Shown here: piece by piece, positions 19,601 through 30,827 of the stretch | Numbering within the stretch: position 1 is the stretch's first letter | Layout: the number at the start of each line of letters is the position of its first letter | Source of the DNA: Limisphaerales bacterium | Lineage (GTDB): Bacteria; Verrucomicrobiota; Verrucomicrobiia; Limisphaerales; Palsa-1400 | Assembly: GCA_052325505.1 (NCBI GenBank) | Contig: JBKQUS010000136.1 | Coordinates: 445 to 64,444, forward strand | Direction: 5' to 3' | DNA: 64,000 nt | Program-made: the position numbers and the translations under genes | Notes under the pieces: model-generated | The model's database searches: none | Told to the model about the DNA's origin: nothing | Seen by the model: only the letters and a program-made list of their open reading frames with translations

Positions 19601-21482
19601 CGGTGTAATCCAGCGCATCATAATAGTAACCCAGGTCCGGCGGCCCGTTTATGTAACGGGCCGCTTGTGGGAAGAAGGTGATCTGCCCGCGGATTTGCGC
19701 GTTGGCGGCAATGGCAATCGGCGCATAAGTGCTCTTGTGTTGCAACTCGGCTTGCAAACGCGGGCTGATGTTGGCCGTGCCCGCGCCGTGCAATAAACTG
19801 TCCGATGCCAGGTAGTAATGGCCCTGCTCCGATCTTTGGAAAATCCTCCCGGAAGGATTGATGGCCGAATTCTGGTTGACCGTGATGGCGGCATTGCCAA
19901 AGCCCCCCCGGATGATGCTGTTGGTCAAACCGATTTTGTAAGGCGTTGCCCCGGCCACCCAGAATTCCTCCGCGTCAGCCGTGACGTGCTCCGCCTCGAT
20001 TTCGATTGAATTGGTCGAGGCTCCAACAGCCGCCCCGCAACGGGCGAAAAGAACGTTGTGCAGGGAGTCAACCGAGCCAAAGGCCGGAACCAGGTTGGCA
20101 ATGGCGTAATTGCAATCAAAAAACTGGCAATCCCAAACGTCCAGCGCCCCCGGCGTCACCGGCGTTGTCACCCCCTGGTCGGCGTAGCAAATCCGCAGGT
20201 TGCTGATGACGTTGCTCGTCGCCGCGTCCAGATTCAAATAAGCCGCGTCGTTGGTGGCCGTTTGCGGGTCGCCAGTGCTGACCCAATAGAGCCATTCTCC
20301 CTGGGAATCATCGTCCACCGAAGTGAGAATCGCCGGATAGTACGGCTCCGTCTCGCAAACCAAAGCCCCCTTGACCACCAGGCTGGAATTGGTGGACCAG
20401 TCGAACTTGATGACGCTGCCGCCTCGCAAAGTGGTGGTTCCGTACAGTTCCACCGCTGAGTCAATATAATACGTCATCGCATTCTTAAACGAATAATCCT
20501 GGCGCGCTCCAATGATTTGCATCAATAGAGGATCACCCGTTTCGCCGTCAACCGTCAGTTGCGCGGTCCGGCTCGAAACGGATGTGACGCCGTTCGATAC
20601 CGCCACGGCATAACCCGCGGCATCGCTTCCTTGAACGCAGCCAATCGTATAGCTGCTGGCCGTTGCGCCCGGAATGATGGCGCCGTTGCAAGTCCATTGG
20701 TAGGTCAACGCTCCGCTCCCGCTGGCCGCCACGCTGAATGTCACCGTGTCCCCTTCCAGCACCTCCTGATCCAATGGTTGCGAGACTATCGCCAGCAGCG
20801 AAACCGGAACCCCTGAGCGGGCCCAAACAAAGACGTTCGTCTCTCCGTTTATTGGCAACTGCGTTGTAGTGCTGTCGCCGTTTGTCCCGTAGAGCAACTG
20901 TGCTTCCACCCACGACGGATCGGTTAACGACTGATTGGTTAGCATGGTGTATGCCTGCCCATCGCTGGTATTATGAACGATCACAGTCAGATTTGTCCCG
21001 TCCACGCCCCCTGCGGGAACTTCCAACCAAAGAGAGGTCGAATTTGTATAATCCAGCGGAGGCAACGTCGAAGCGCCATATCCTCCGCGCACACTTGTCG
21101 CTTGTTCTGCGGCCTGCTGGAACAGGGCGGACATATCGACGCCGCGGTCATCCACGATGTAAGTATTGTTGCTGGAGTTAATTACATAGCACGGGAGACC
21201 CGCCAGTGGATTAAAGGGACTCGGAGGAAGCTTCCCCTGCAAATCCCAGTATGTGCCCCGAGGACTTGAAGGCACCGTTGAAAAATTGGACACAGTTTGG
21301 GAGGGCGGCGGCAAGGCGAGAATATTGGAGATCATTTCCATCGCGCCCGGATCGTTCGCAAACTCTGAAATTACCGGGTTGGGCCAATTGGTTTGCGCCC
21401 GGCCGGGAAGGTTTGAGCCGGCGAGAATTGCGAGTGTCAGATGGATACAAATCGTTACCGGCAACACAGGCAGATTTTTCAT
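16677..21482 (-). CDS. Giant secreted multidomain protein (1601 aa): Ig-like domain, beta-helix-like region, TSP3-like Ca-binding motif, C-terminal His/Cys caspase-fold-like module
   Basis: Signal peptide MKNLPVLPVTICIHLTLAILAGSNLPGRAQ from ATG 21482. Ig-like TVTFSVAASGSGALTYQW...YAVAVSN (20547-20798). DSDNDAIPDYVENWHGDGNY at about 18397-18465. CQSHG and FVFLEGCATAS near the C-terminus. Confidence 0.85.
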   Translation of the reverse strand: MKNLPVLPVTICIHLTLAILAGSNLPGRAQTNWPNPVISEFANDPGAMEMISNILALPPPSQTVSNFSTVPSSPRGTYWDLQGKLPPSPFNPLAGLPCYVINSSNNTYIVDDRGVDMSALFQQAAEQATSVRGGYGASTLPPLDYTNSTSLWLEVPAGGVDGTNLTVIVHNTSDGQAYTMLTNQSLTDPSWVEAQLLYGTNGDSTTTQLPINGETNVFVWARSGVPVSLLAIVSQPLDQEVLEGDTVTFSVAASGSGALTYQWTCNGAIIPGATASSYTIGCVQGSDAAGYAVAVSNGVTSVSSRTAQLTVDGETGDPLLMQIIGARQDYSFKNAMTYYIDSAVELYGTTTLRGGSVIKFDWSTNSSLVVKGALVCETEPYYPAILTSVDDDSQGEWLYWVSTGDPQTATNDAAYLNLDAATSNVISNLRICYADQGVTTPVTPGALDVWDCQFFDCNYAIANLVPAFGSVDSLHNVLFARCGAAVGASTNSIEIEAEHVTADAEEFWVAGATPYKIGLTNSIIRGGFGNAAITVNQNSAINPSGRIFQRSEQGHYYLASDSLLHGAGTANISPRLQAELQHKSTYAPIAIAANAQIRGQITFFPQAARYINGPPDLGYYYDALDYTVASLILSGGSLTVLPGTAIGVRNDYIWSGGYWTVYGFYVNQGGSVTSHGTPTKPNIFTAADLVQEEPNIDFAEYQVDFSDDVGDWLPGIVSFVTDFEPGDPTSPSLDFRFSDFYLPAEDLHFCSGLSYDDVWIFSASSSVNLNLQDCSLHNGQVNIGQPDGYDFYLDQIFGSGAVTWNNTLFENVSINLDPTYYKYGYDDQGLNVDLSFQACNNLFRGGQWLHLTPIPASAGDWVFEDNLFDKVNIVEDLNQGQYQPLDYDYNGYWPLSTNALIWDSYFDPWFWWGQDSSEFQPTITSNGFTDGQHEVTLSSAPPYQSGPFGNYYMAPGTALAGAGSDTPANLGLYHYTTQTNQFKEGSEASGHMANIGLHYIAANSYGQPMDSDNDAIPDYVENWHGDGNYPAHVGVETDWQNPMTDGVNPDPSNSVYLDIDLSGDGLVGRIKEALGMNPFDASNPLTLEQVSSSDEFGVVSFELPISYNTLTNIGTLNLYFNGVDVTLEDFTNASDGNTLLEWNTTYEPPGQSYLQAQLTLSASGDDSAILTGVGTITPFYSTNVMQFFESDSMFSGSIAYLDAQLPEQNASYAIQLYDPSTTPPTLITTITDTTSDGMIEENWDLTYSDGVTIFTNNTVNAVFNVTLSDPASEAKTKVLHRLTSNEQGNGFDFVYMYTPTNGAMAHEFDDDNGNDDGVVWLGMQFVVDTLLTPQEVDGGSPNNYNSSFDNYTGEGNNTHGNGSSEGWPGYINSRSMVINSLYPCMADGATKNFFCQSHGDNNRLCDYANDTFMTATEVANLLGNHYHSRGGLNTQNPYRFVFLEGCATASAKDWRRAFGIFPLDAPNQAGLNNVGPQAYVGWAQDHAGWIGWPSDNNESQNLASAWTETLADFYGLWNQVVPLAQCIAAASTPAANMIPLPVPQNKNVTIHGQNPSTLQNYSYTYTNILTSPIYVVGHSGLTRSGVNTSLDGYYSAPVSTE

Positions 21483-22165
21483 ATCGTTCCCTTTGATTGG
21501 TTCACATGCGTGTGAAATTGGGCATCTGCTTGACAAAACGCTTGTCGCTCTTCAGCGGCCGTTTTACAAGCAATATCTTAAACAAAAACACGCCGAATTT
21601 TGCGCAGGCAAAGCACAAAATTGGGTGAATCGGAGGGATTATCGAGCCTATCCTGCTTGTCATCCTCTTCGCGGCGATTTCATGGGAATATTTTCACCTG
21701 GACAGCATTTGTCCATGTGGTTGTGCCATGATAAAAATCAAAAAGACATAATCAGCCATGAAGAATGACAAAACCGCAACGGCACGGCGCAGTGCCCAAA
21801 AAAGCCGGACGGGCCAGGCGCGGGCGCGGCTGTGCCGCCGGGCTTGGAGGCTGCGCGGCAGCGCAGCCCTGCCGGAAGAGGGGCGAGAACCGCTCCTCTG
21901 TCAACCGAATAGAGGAAATAATTTAAAATTGCCAAAAATGCCCAAATCCGTGCAATCCACCTTTCGTCAGCCGCGCCATCGCGTCACGCCAAAGCCGGGC
22001 GACGGCGGAAGCCCGGCGACGGCGGATGTGACGGCTCCGTGCCGGCTTGTGTCGGCTGTTGTGACGGGTTGCCCCATGCTTAAGTCCTTGACCATCAACA
22101 ATTGTGACGGTGTGACTGCTCCAGACCCCCGGACGCCTCGACCCAGGGGCTGGTATGGGGGGTGT

Positions 22166-22184
22166 CCTAATCCTAATCCTAATC
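22166..22184. repeat. (CCTAAT)3 tandem hexamer repeat
   Basis: Read directly: CCTAATCCTAATCCTAATC, preceded by GGTATGGGGG (22152-22161). That 10-mer recurs at 22408-22417. Confidence 0.8.
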
Positions 22185-22230
22185 AGTGCGGGACATTCCC
22201 TCAATTCTGTGCAACGATCCAGTTCGGCCC

Positions 22231-22260
22231 GTTTCGATCTGTTTCGACCTGTTTCGACCA
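22231..22260. repeat. Three tandem 10-bp repeats GTTTCGA(T/C)C(T/A)
   Basis: Reads GTTTCGATCT GTTTCGACCT GTTTCGACCA, with exactly one helical turn per unit. Confidence 0.8.
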
Positions 22261-22287
22261 AAAAATAAATCCCAGAACCTGTGGAAA

Positions 22288-22392
22288 CCGTAAAAGCCGT
22301 AAAATGAGTTTTTGCCCTTTTTCGATTGCAACCTGCTGTCAGCCAATCCATTCCATTCATGATGGGCGGAAAAGATGTTACGGCTTTTACGT
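22288..22392. repeat. 14/15-bp inverted repeat separated by 75 nt, rich in phased CGTAA/TTACG pentamers
   Basis: CCGTAAAAGCCGTAA (22288-22302) against TTACGGCTTTTACGT (22378-22392). Confidence 0.7.
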
Positions 22393-22532
22393 AAGAATTA
22401 CGCATGGGGTATGGGGGAGGGTCTTAATCTCCATCCCAACTGACGCAAAAAGAACTTGCATCCACGGCTCAATAAACCTGTATGATTGGCGCCGGCAGCA
22501 TGTGAGCTGGCGAATGCAAACGTTGGAACAAA

Positions 22533-23999
<1,467 letters not shown>

Positions 24000-24002
24000 T
24001 AA

Positions 24003-25307
<1,305 letters not shown>

Positions 25308-25322
25308 GCCTGTTTAAAGTGC

Positions 25323-26864
25323 ATGGCCCAAATTGTCCTCAGCACTTTAAACGCCAAGTACATTCACGCGTCGTTTGGTTTGCGTTATTTGCTGGCCAAT
25401 TTGGGCCAGTTGCGCCACCAAACGCGCCTCATCGAATTCGACATCCAACAGCGCCCGGTCGATGTGGTGGAATCCATCCTAGCCGCACAACCACGCATCG
25501 TCGGGCTGGGCGTTTACATCTGGAACGCCACCCAGGCCGTTGAAGTCGTCGCCATGCTCAAGCGCGTGCGCCCGGATGTCACCGTTGTCTTGGGCGGCCC
25601 CGAGGTCAGTTTCGAAACCGGCGAACAGGAGATCGTGCGCCTAGCCGATTACGTCATCACCGGCGAAGCTGACCTGGAATTCGCCGCCCTCTGCCGGCAA
25701 ATTCTCGCTGGAACGCCCCCGCCGCAAAAAGTCATCCCCGCGCCATTGCCCGACCCCGCCCAACTCGCGCTGCCTTACGAATTCTACGACGAGAAGGACA
25801 TCGCCCACCGCATCATTTATGTCGAAGCCTCCCGCGGTTGTCCGTTCACCTGCGAGTTCTGCCTCTCTTCCCTCGACGTGCCGGTGCGGCAATTCCCCCT
25901 GCCCCTCTTCCTGTCCGAACTGCAAAAACTGCTCGACCGCGGCGTGAGCCAATTCAAATTTGTCGATCGCACCTTCAACCTGAACATTGCCGTCGGCAAG
26001 GCAATCCTGCAATTTTTCCTCGACCGCTACCGCCACGGCTTGTTTCTCCACTTCGAGATGATTCCGGACCGGCTGCCGGAGCCGTTGCGCGAAGTCATTG
26101 TGCAGTTTCCGCCCGGCGCGCTCCAGTTTGAAGTCGGCATTCAAACTTTCGACGAAGCGGTTTCAAAAAACATCAGCCGCCGCCAGGACTATGCCCGCCT
26201 GGCCGACAACATGGAGTTCCTACGCCGGAAAACTGGCGTTCATATCCACGCCGATTTGATCGCCGGCCTTCCCGGCGAAACGCTGGAAAGTTTTGCGGCC
26301 GGGTTCGACCGCTTGCTCGCGCTCGGTCCGCAGGAAATCCAGATCGGAATCTTAAAGCGACTACGCGGCACGACCATCACGCGGCACGACCAGGAATCGC
26401 AGATGGTTTACAGTCCCCATCCGCCCTATGAAATCCTGCAAAACAAATTCCTGGATTTCCCCGCCCTGCAACGCCTCCGGCGCTTCGCGCGTTATTGGGA
26501 CCTGGTGGGAAACAGCGGCAATTTTCTGGAAACGACGCCTTTGCTCTGCCAGACCGATTCATCCGCCTTCGCCGCCGTCATGCGTTGGAGCGACTGGCTC
26601 TACGGGAAAATTGGCCGTCGGCACAGCATCGCCCTCGACCGCCTGGCCCAATTACTTTTCCAGTATCTCACCGAAGAATGCGCCCAGGACCGCGCAATGG
26701 TCGCTCAGACTCTGTGGCGCGACTGGCAAAAAGCCGGCCGCCGCGAGAAACCCGCCTTCCTCGCAGCATTCATCCCCGAAGCAGAAGTCCCGGCTCCCCG
26801 CGCCAAAAGTGAAACCCCGAAGCGCCAGGCTCGCCACTTGGGATTGAGCCAGATTCCTCCCTGA
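25323..26864 (+). CDS. B12-binding-domain radical SAM protein (DUF4080-type)
   Basis: N-terminus [22 protein letters not shown]; CPFTCEFC (CxxxCxxC) cluster motif. Confidence 0.9.
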   Translation: MAQIVLSTLNAKYIHASFGLRYLLANLGQLRHQTRLIEFDIQQRPVDVVESILAAQPRIVGLGVYIWNATQAVEVVAMLKRVRPDVTVVLGGPEVSFETGEQEIVRLADYVITGEADLEFAALCRQILAGTPPPQKVIPAPLPDPAQLALPYEFYDEKDIAHRIIYVEASRGCPFTCEFCLSSLDVPVRQFPLPLFLSELQKLLDRGVSQFKFVDRTFNLNIAVGKAILQFFLDRYRHGLFLHFEMIPDRLPEPLREVIVQFPPGALQFEVGIQTFDEAVSKNISRRQDYARLADNMEFLRRKTGVHIHADLIAGLPGETLESFAAGFDRLLALGPQEIQIGILKRLRGTTITRHDQESQMVYSPHPPYEILQNKFLDFPALQRLRRFARYWDLVGNSGNFLETTPLLCQTDSSAFAAVMRWSDWLYGKIGRRHSIALDRLAQLLFQYLTEECAQDRAMVAQTLWRDWQKAGRREKPAFLAAFIPEAEVPAPRAKSETPKRQARHLGLSQIPP

Positions 26865-26878
26865 ACCTTTCTGCAACA

Positions 26879-27868
26879 TTGAGCTTTGAACGTGAACCGC
26901 CAGACCTTAGTTTTCCCGGCGTGGACAACAGTCTGCCAACGGTCACCATCATTATCGCCGCGCGCCCCGATCTAACCGAGGTGCGCGCCGTCGCTGCTGT
27001 CCGCCAGCTCGATTATCCGCCCGACAAACTGGAGATTATCCTCGCCCGCGGCAAGCAGCCATCCATGCAGCGCAACACCGCCCTCCGCGCCGCCCGCGGC
27101 GAAATCATTTATTTCCTCGACGACGATTCCCGACCCGCTCCGCAAAACCTGCGCCGCGCCGTGGAACAATTCAAATCCCCCAATGTCAAAATGCTGGGCG
27201 GGCCGAATCTTTGTCCGCCCGACGCCCCGGCCATCGAGCAGGCTTTTGCCCTGACCATGGGCAGTTGGCTGGCCTTCGGCCCCAGTTGCGCCCGTTACCG
27301 CGCGGTGAGCCGCCCCCGCGCCACCAGCGAGAAGGAGTTGATTTTGTGCAACCTGCTCGCCCGCCGCGACGCCTTGCTCGAACTGGGCGGGTTCAATGAA
27401 GCGCTCTACCCAAATGAGGAAAACGCCTTGATGGACGAACTGCAAAAGCGCGGCGGCAAACTGCTCTATGACCCGGAGTTGATTGTCCATCGCCGGCCCC
27501 GCCCCTCGTTCGCAGCCTTTTGCAAAATGTTGTTCAATTACGGCCGCGGCCGCGCCGAACAATTCCGCCTGCACCCCACCTTCGGCTCCGCCCCCAATTT
27601 CGTCCCACCGCTTTTTTGCCTTTTTCTGGCCCTGCTCCCGTTTCTGCCCAAGTATGTTGATTGGGTGCTGGCAGCCTATGGCGCGGCGCTTCTCCTCCAG
27701 GCCGTGGCCGTGCTGCCGCTCAAGAAATGGCTCTGGCTCCCGGGAATTATGTACCTGATCTTCATCAGTCATGTCTATTACGGCCTCGGTTTTTGGCGCG
27801 GCTGTATCACAAAACTAAAAGCGCCCCTTCCCGCCGTCGCCGCCGAAGTCCGCTTGGAAAAGCTTTAG
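26879..27868 (+). CDS. Glycosyltransferase family 2 with a C-terminal membrane region
   Basis: TVTIIIAARPD and the YFLDDDS DXD motif; hydrophobic C-terminal third; TTG start. Confidence 0.85.
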   Translation: MSFEREPPDLSFPGVDNSLPTVTIIIAARPDLTEVRAVAAVRQLDYPPDKLEIILARGKQPSMQRNTALRAARGEIIYFLDDDSRPAPQNLRRAVEQFKSPNVKMLGGPNLCPPDAPAIEQAFALTMGSWLAFGPSCARYRAVSRPRATSEKELILCNLLARRDALLELGGFNEALYPNEENALMDELQKRGGKLLYDPELIVHRRPRPSFAAFCKMLFNYGRGRAEQFRLHPTFGSAPNFVPPLFCLFLALLPFLPKYVDWVLAAYGAALLLQAVAVLPLKKWLWLPGIMYLIFISHVYYGLGFWRGCITKLKAPLPAVAAEVRLEKL

Positions 27869-28278
27869 CGATTCGTCGGCATCAGGCTCCACAGATTCAG
27901 GCCGGAGCGCGCCCCGCCCCGGCGCAACGTCTGTCCCGCAAACGGATGCGGCCAGATATTCCACTCCACGTTTTCATCCATTTGGCTCAGAACGAATGTC
28001 TGTTGCACGTTGGAAGTGGCGGCATTGCACATCAGAGTGGCGAAAAAGGCGGCGTTGTCTGGAACGTTTCGCGGCAGGCGTCGGCCGGCGTCATGCGCCG
28101 CCACCATCAAAGTCAACAGGCAGGCCGCCGCCGGAGCCAGCCAGCGCCACACCTCCCCTCCAAACGGTAAAACCGGCGCCGGCGCGGCCGTTGCGAAAAG
28201 CCGCCGGGCGATCTCAGCCGAGGGGCGACGCGGCGTCCATGATTGCAATTGTTTCTCCAAAGCACTGATCTCTTGCAT
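27865..28278 (-). CDS. Single-pass membrane protein, putative anti-sigma factor
   Basis: Strong SD (AAGGAAGGA) before ATG 28278; one TM segment (WRWLAPAAACLLTLMVAA); lies immediately downstream of, and overlaps, the ECF sigma gene. Confidence 0.5.
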   Translation of the reverse strand: MQEISALEKQLQSWTPRRPSAEIARRLFATAAPAPVLPFGGEVWRWLAPAAACLLTLMVAAHDAGRRLPRNVPDNAAFFATLMCNAATSNVQQTFVLSQMDENVEWNIWPHPFAGQTLRRGGARSGLNLWSLMPTNR

Positions 28279-28807
28279 ACGTCCTTCCTTTCAGGCAGAG
28301 CCGCAATTTATTCAGCCCGTAGCGATAGCGTCCCGCCACTGTGTTCGGCGATATCTTAAACAAACGGCCAATGGCGTCAAACGTCATGCCATGCCAGATT
28401 TTCAACACAATCACCTCGCGCTGTTCAGGCGGCAGCTTGGCCAGGCACCGCATGGCCTCGGTTTCCGCCTCGCTTTCATCGGCCCGGCGCTCGAACCATC
28501 GTGCCGACTCCAGTTCGCGGGCCAGCCGCCGCCAGAGCTTGCGCCGGTAGTTCAAGGCCTGATTGCGATACGCCCGCAGCGTGTAATGCTCCGGCTCCTC
28601 CGGCCGTTGCTCCAGTTTCAACAGCGCCACAAACGTTTCATGCAGAACGTCCTCCGCTTCACTGTGGCTCAAGCCCAGGGCGCGACCATAAAGGATCAAT
28701 CCCGCCGCCTTTTGTTCGTAAAGCGACTGGCGCCATCCGCCGTTCAGTTCTGATTCATTCACGCCGTTGCAACAGCCCTGCCGTTCTTGCTCTTGTAAAT
28801 CAGACAC
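28214..28807 (-). CDS. ECF-type RNA polymerase sigma-70 family factor
   Basis: Region 2 (EAEDVLHETFVAL) and region 4 HTH (LPPEQREVIVLKIWHGMTFDAIGRLFKISPNTVAGRYRYGLNKLR). Confidence 0.85.
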   Translation of the reverse strand: MSDLQEQERQGCCNGVNESELNGGWRQSLYEQKAAGLILYGRALGLSHSEAEDVLHETFVALLKLEQRPEEPEHYTLRAYRNQALNYRRKLWRRLARELESARWFERRADESEAETEAMRCLAKLPPEQREVIVLKIWHGMTFDAIGRLFKISPNTVAGRYRYGLNKLRLCLKGRTYARDQCFGETIAIMDAASPLG

Positions 28808-28889
28808 CTCAAGAGCCGGATTTGTATAATCTTTTTTATTTTTGCGGCTTTATTCTTTGCCGCGTCCGGCGCTATAATGAGCGTTTGCT

Positions 28890-29645
28890 GTGATGATGAT
28901 TCGAAAAATCAGAAGGTTTTTCAGGTTGGCTGAGGCGCCGTCTTCGGCCAACCCGGATGTCATCAACGTCCACGCGCATGCCATGCCCGTCATTTACCGG
29001 CGTCACGCCCGGGCCAGGAGTTACGTCTTGCGCCTGTTCTCCAATAAAACCGTCGTGGTCACGATGCCGCGGGCGGGGACAAAGGACTTCGCCCGGGACT
29101 TCGTGGCCAGCCGCAAAAGCTGGCTCGAAAGGCAATGGCGCATCCTCGAATCGCGCCATTTCCCACCGCAATTGCTCCGGCCCGGCATGGAAATTCTATT
29201 CCGCGGCGAACCCGTCGCCTTGCGCGTGCAACGAGGCGGCTTGGACTGGCAACTGCGCTTTGGCTCCGAATCCGCCCCCCTGGCGGACTCGGACGGCAAC
29301 CTCCGTCCCGCTCTGGAACGCCATTTGCAACTCCTGGCCAAAACCGAGCTGGCCGCCCGCGCCCGGGAATTGGCAGCCGCGCATCATCTCGAGGTCAAAC
29401 GCGTTGCCGTGCGCAATCAGAAGACCCGCTGGGGTTCCTGTTCCCACAATGGCACCATTTCCCTCAACTGGCGCCTGATCCAGTTGCCCGCCGCCGTGCG
29501 CGATTACATCATCGTCCACGAACTGATGCATCTGCGCGAGTTGAACCATTCCCCCCGCTTCTGGGCCGAAGTCGAAAAGGCGTGCCCGAACTATCGCGCC
29601 GCCGAGGACTGGCTCAAAAAAAACTCCGGCCAAGTCGGCTTCTAA
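28890..29645 (+). CDS. YgjP/DUF45-type (M48-like) zinc metalloprotease
   Basis: HELMHLRELNHSPRFW (HExxH) near the C-terminus; GTG start. Confidence 0.85.
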   Translation: MMMIRKIRRFFRLAEAPSSANPDVINVHAHAMPVIYRRHARARSYVLRLFSNKTVVVTMPRAGTKDFARDFVASRKSWLERQWRILESRHFPPQLLRPGMEILFRGEPVALRVQRGGLDWQLRFGSESAPLADSDGNLRPALERHLQLLAKTELAARARELAAAHHLEVKRVAVRNQKTRWGSCSHNGTISLNWRLIQLPAAVRDYIIVHELMHLRELNHSPRFWAEVEKACPNYRAAEDWLKKNSGQVGF

Positions 29646-29689
29646 GGAGCCATCCTCTCCTGATCTTCGTTATCTTGTCCCTTTCGTCC

Positions 29690-30484
29690 CTAAAGAATCG
29701 CCTGCACCACCCCGCCCTCCACCCGCAAGGCCGCCCCGTTGGTCGCGGCGGAAAGCGGACTGGCCACGAACGCCACCATGGCCGCCACTTCATCCGGCGT
29801 GGCAAACCGTCGCAAAAGCGAAGTGGGACGAACGCTCTTGAAAAAATCCTTCTCGACCGCGGCGGGCGTCATGTTCCGATCCCTGGCCATGTTGGAAATA
29901 AACCCTTCGACCCCTTCCGAGCGCGTCGGACCGGCCAGGACCGAATTCACCGTCACGCCCGTGCCAGCGGTTGTTTCAGCCAGGCCGCGCGCCAGCGCAA
30001 TTTGCATCGTCTTGGTCACGCCGTAGTGGATCATCTCCGCCGGGATCTGGACCCCCGATTCACTGGAGATAAAAATAATGCGCCCCCAATTCTTGGCCTT
30101 CATGCGCGGCAGATAGTGCCGCGACAACCGCATCCCGCTCATGAAATTCGTTTCAATCATGGCCAGCCAGTCCGCGTCGCTGATCTTCTCGAACGCCTGC
30201 GGCACATACATGCCGAGGTTATTGACTAGAATGTCAGCATCAGGGAATCGCCTGACCGCATCGGCCGCGCCCGCCGCTTGGCTCAGATCAGCCACTAACG
30301 CCTCCAAAGCCGCCTCCGGGACCGCCGCGCGAATGGCCGTGATCGCCTCCTGCACCCGTTTCTCGGAGCGCCCATTGACGACGACGCGCGCCCCTTCCGT
30401 CGCCAGCGCCTTGGCGATGGCGAAACCGATGCCCGCCGTGGAACCAGAAACAAAAGCCAGCTTATTCTCCAGTTTAAAATTCAT
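29690..30484 (-). CDS. Short-chain dehydrogenase/reductase (SDR)
   Basis: VSGSTAGIGFAIA cofactor motif and YGVTK (YxxxK). ATG 30484 is preceded by GGAGGG. The longer 30679 start is judged spurious. Confidence 0.9.
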   Translation of the reverse strand: MNFKLENKLAFVSGSTAGIGFAIAKALATEGARVVVNGRSEKRVQEAITAIRAAVPEAALEALVADLSQAAGAADAVRRFPDADILVNNLGMYVPQAFEKISDADWLAMIETNFMSGMRLSRHYLPRMKAKNWGRIIFISSESGVQIPAEMIHYGVTKTMQIALARGLAETTAGTGVTVNSVLAGPTRSEGVEGFISNMARDRNMTPAAVEKDFFKSVRPTSLLRRFATPDEVAAMVAFVASPLSAATNGAALRVEGGVVQAIL

Positions 30485-30536
30485 GCCCTCCAAATTAGAC
30501 CAGCGCTGGTACCCTGTCCAATCAGCCAGAAAAAGG

Positions 30537-30565
30537 TTGCAAGCTTTTCCGCCTTGCCTTAATCT
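30537..30565 (+). promoter_or_regulatory. Putative sigma-70 promoter giving a leaderless toxin-antitoxin transcript
   Basis: TTGCAA (30537-30542), 17-nt spacer, TAATCT (30560-30565), then ATG at 30573, 7 nt downstream. Confidence 0.4.
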
Positions 30566-30572
30566 ATAGTGT

Positions 30573-30827
30573 ATGACAAGTGATTCCATAGTGAACGTAA
30601 CGGAGGCCCAGGCTAGGCTGAACAAGCTTGTTAATTCGGACAGCTTTGCCATCAGCCGCCACGGAAAAATCGTTGGCATCTATCTCTCCAGGGACCGCAT
30701 CGAAGCCCTCATTGAGACCATGGAATTGCTGAGCAAGCCGGAATTTGCCGGGGCTCTTAAAGACTACGAATCTGGCCGGATGAAATTCCACAGCACAGCG
30801 GACCTGGATAACGCCATGTCCGAATGA
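30573..30827 (+). CDS. Type II antitoxin, Phd/YefM family
   Basis: 84 aa; N-terminus VNVTEAQARLNKLV...ISRHGKIVGIYLS; ATGA overlap with the downstream toxin gene. Confidence 0.8.
   Translation: MTSDSIVNVTEAQARLNKLVNSDSFAISRHGKIVGIYLSRDRIEALIETMELLSKPEFAGALKDYESGRMKFHSTADLDNAMSE

Noticed and set aside
21900-22500. A replication-origin or iteron interpretation of the phased repeats. DnaA-box-like strings include TGTGGAAAC (about 22281), CAATCCACC (about 21951) and GCATCCACG (about 22458).
   Set aside because: The best matches are only 6-7 of 9 to TTATCCACA. There is no clear AT-rich unwinding element and no dnaA/dnaN context. A regulatory or RNA explanation is preferred.
29690-30679. N-terminal ORF extensions reported by the ORF track. 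These affect the SDR to 30679, GT4 to 45877, GME to 47478, GT2 to 51087, the GtrB-like gene from 52781, the methyltransferase from 42267 and the giant protein to 21536.
   Set aside because: The extensions are R/P-rich or overlap upstream genes. Internal ATGs have SD sequences or ATGA coupling, and they align with where the family domains start.
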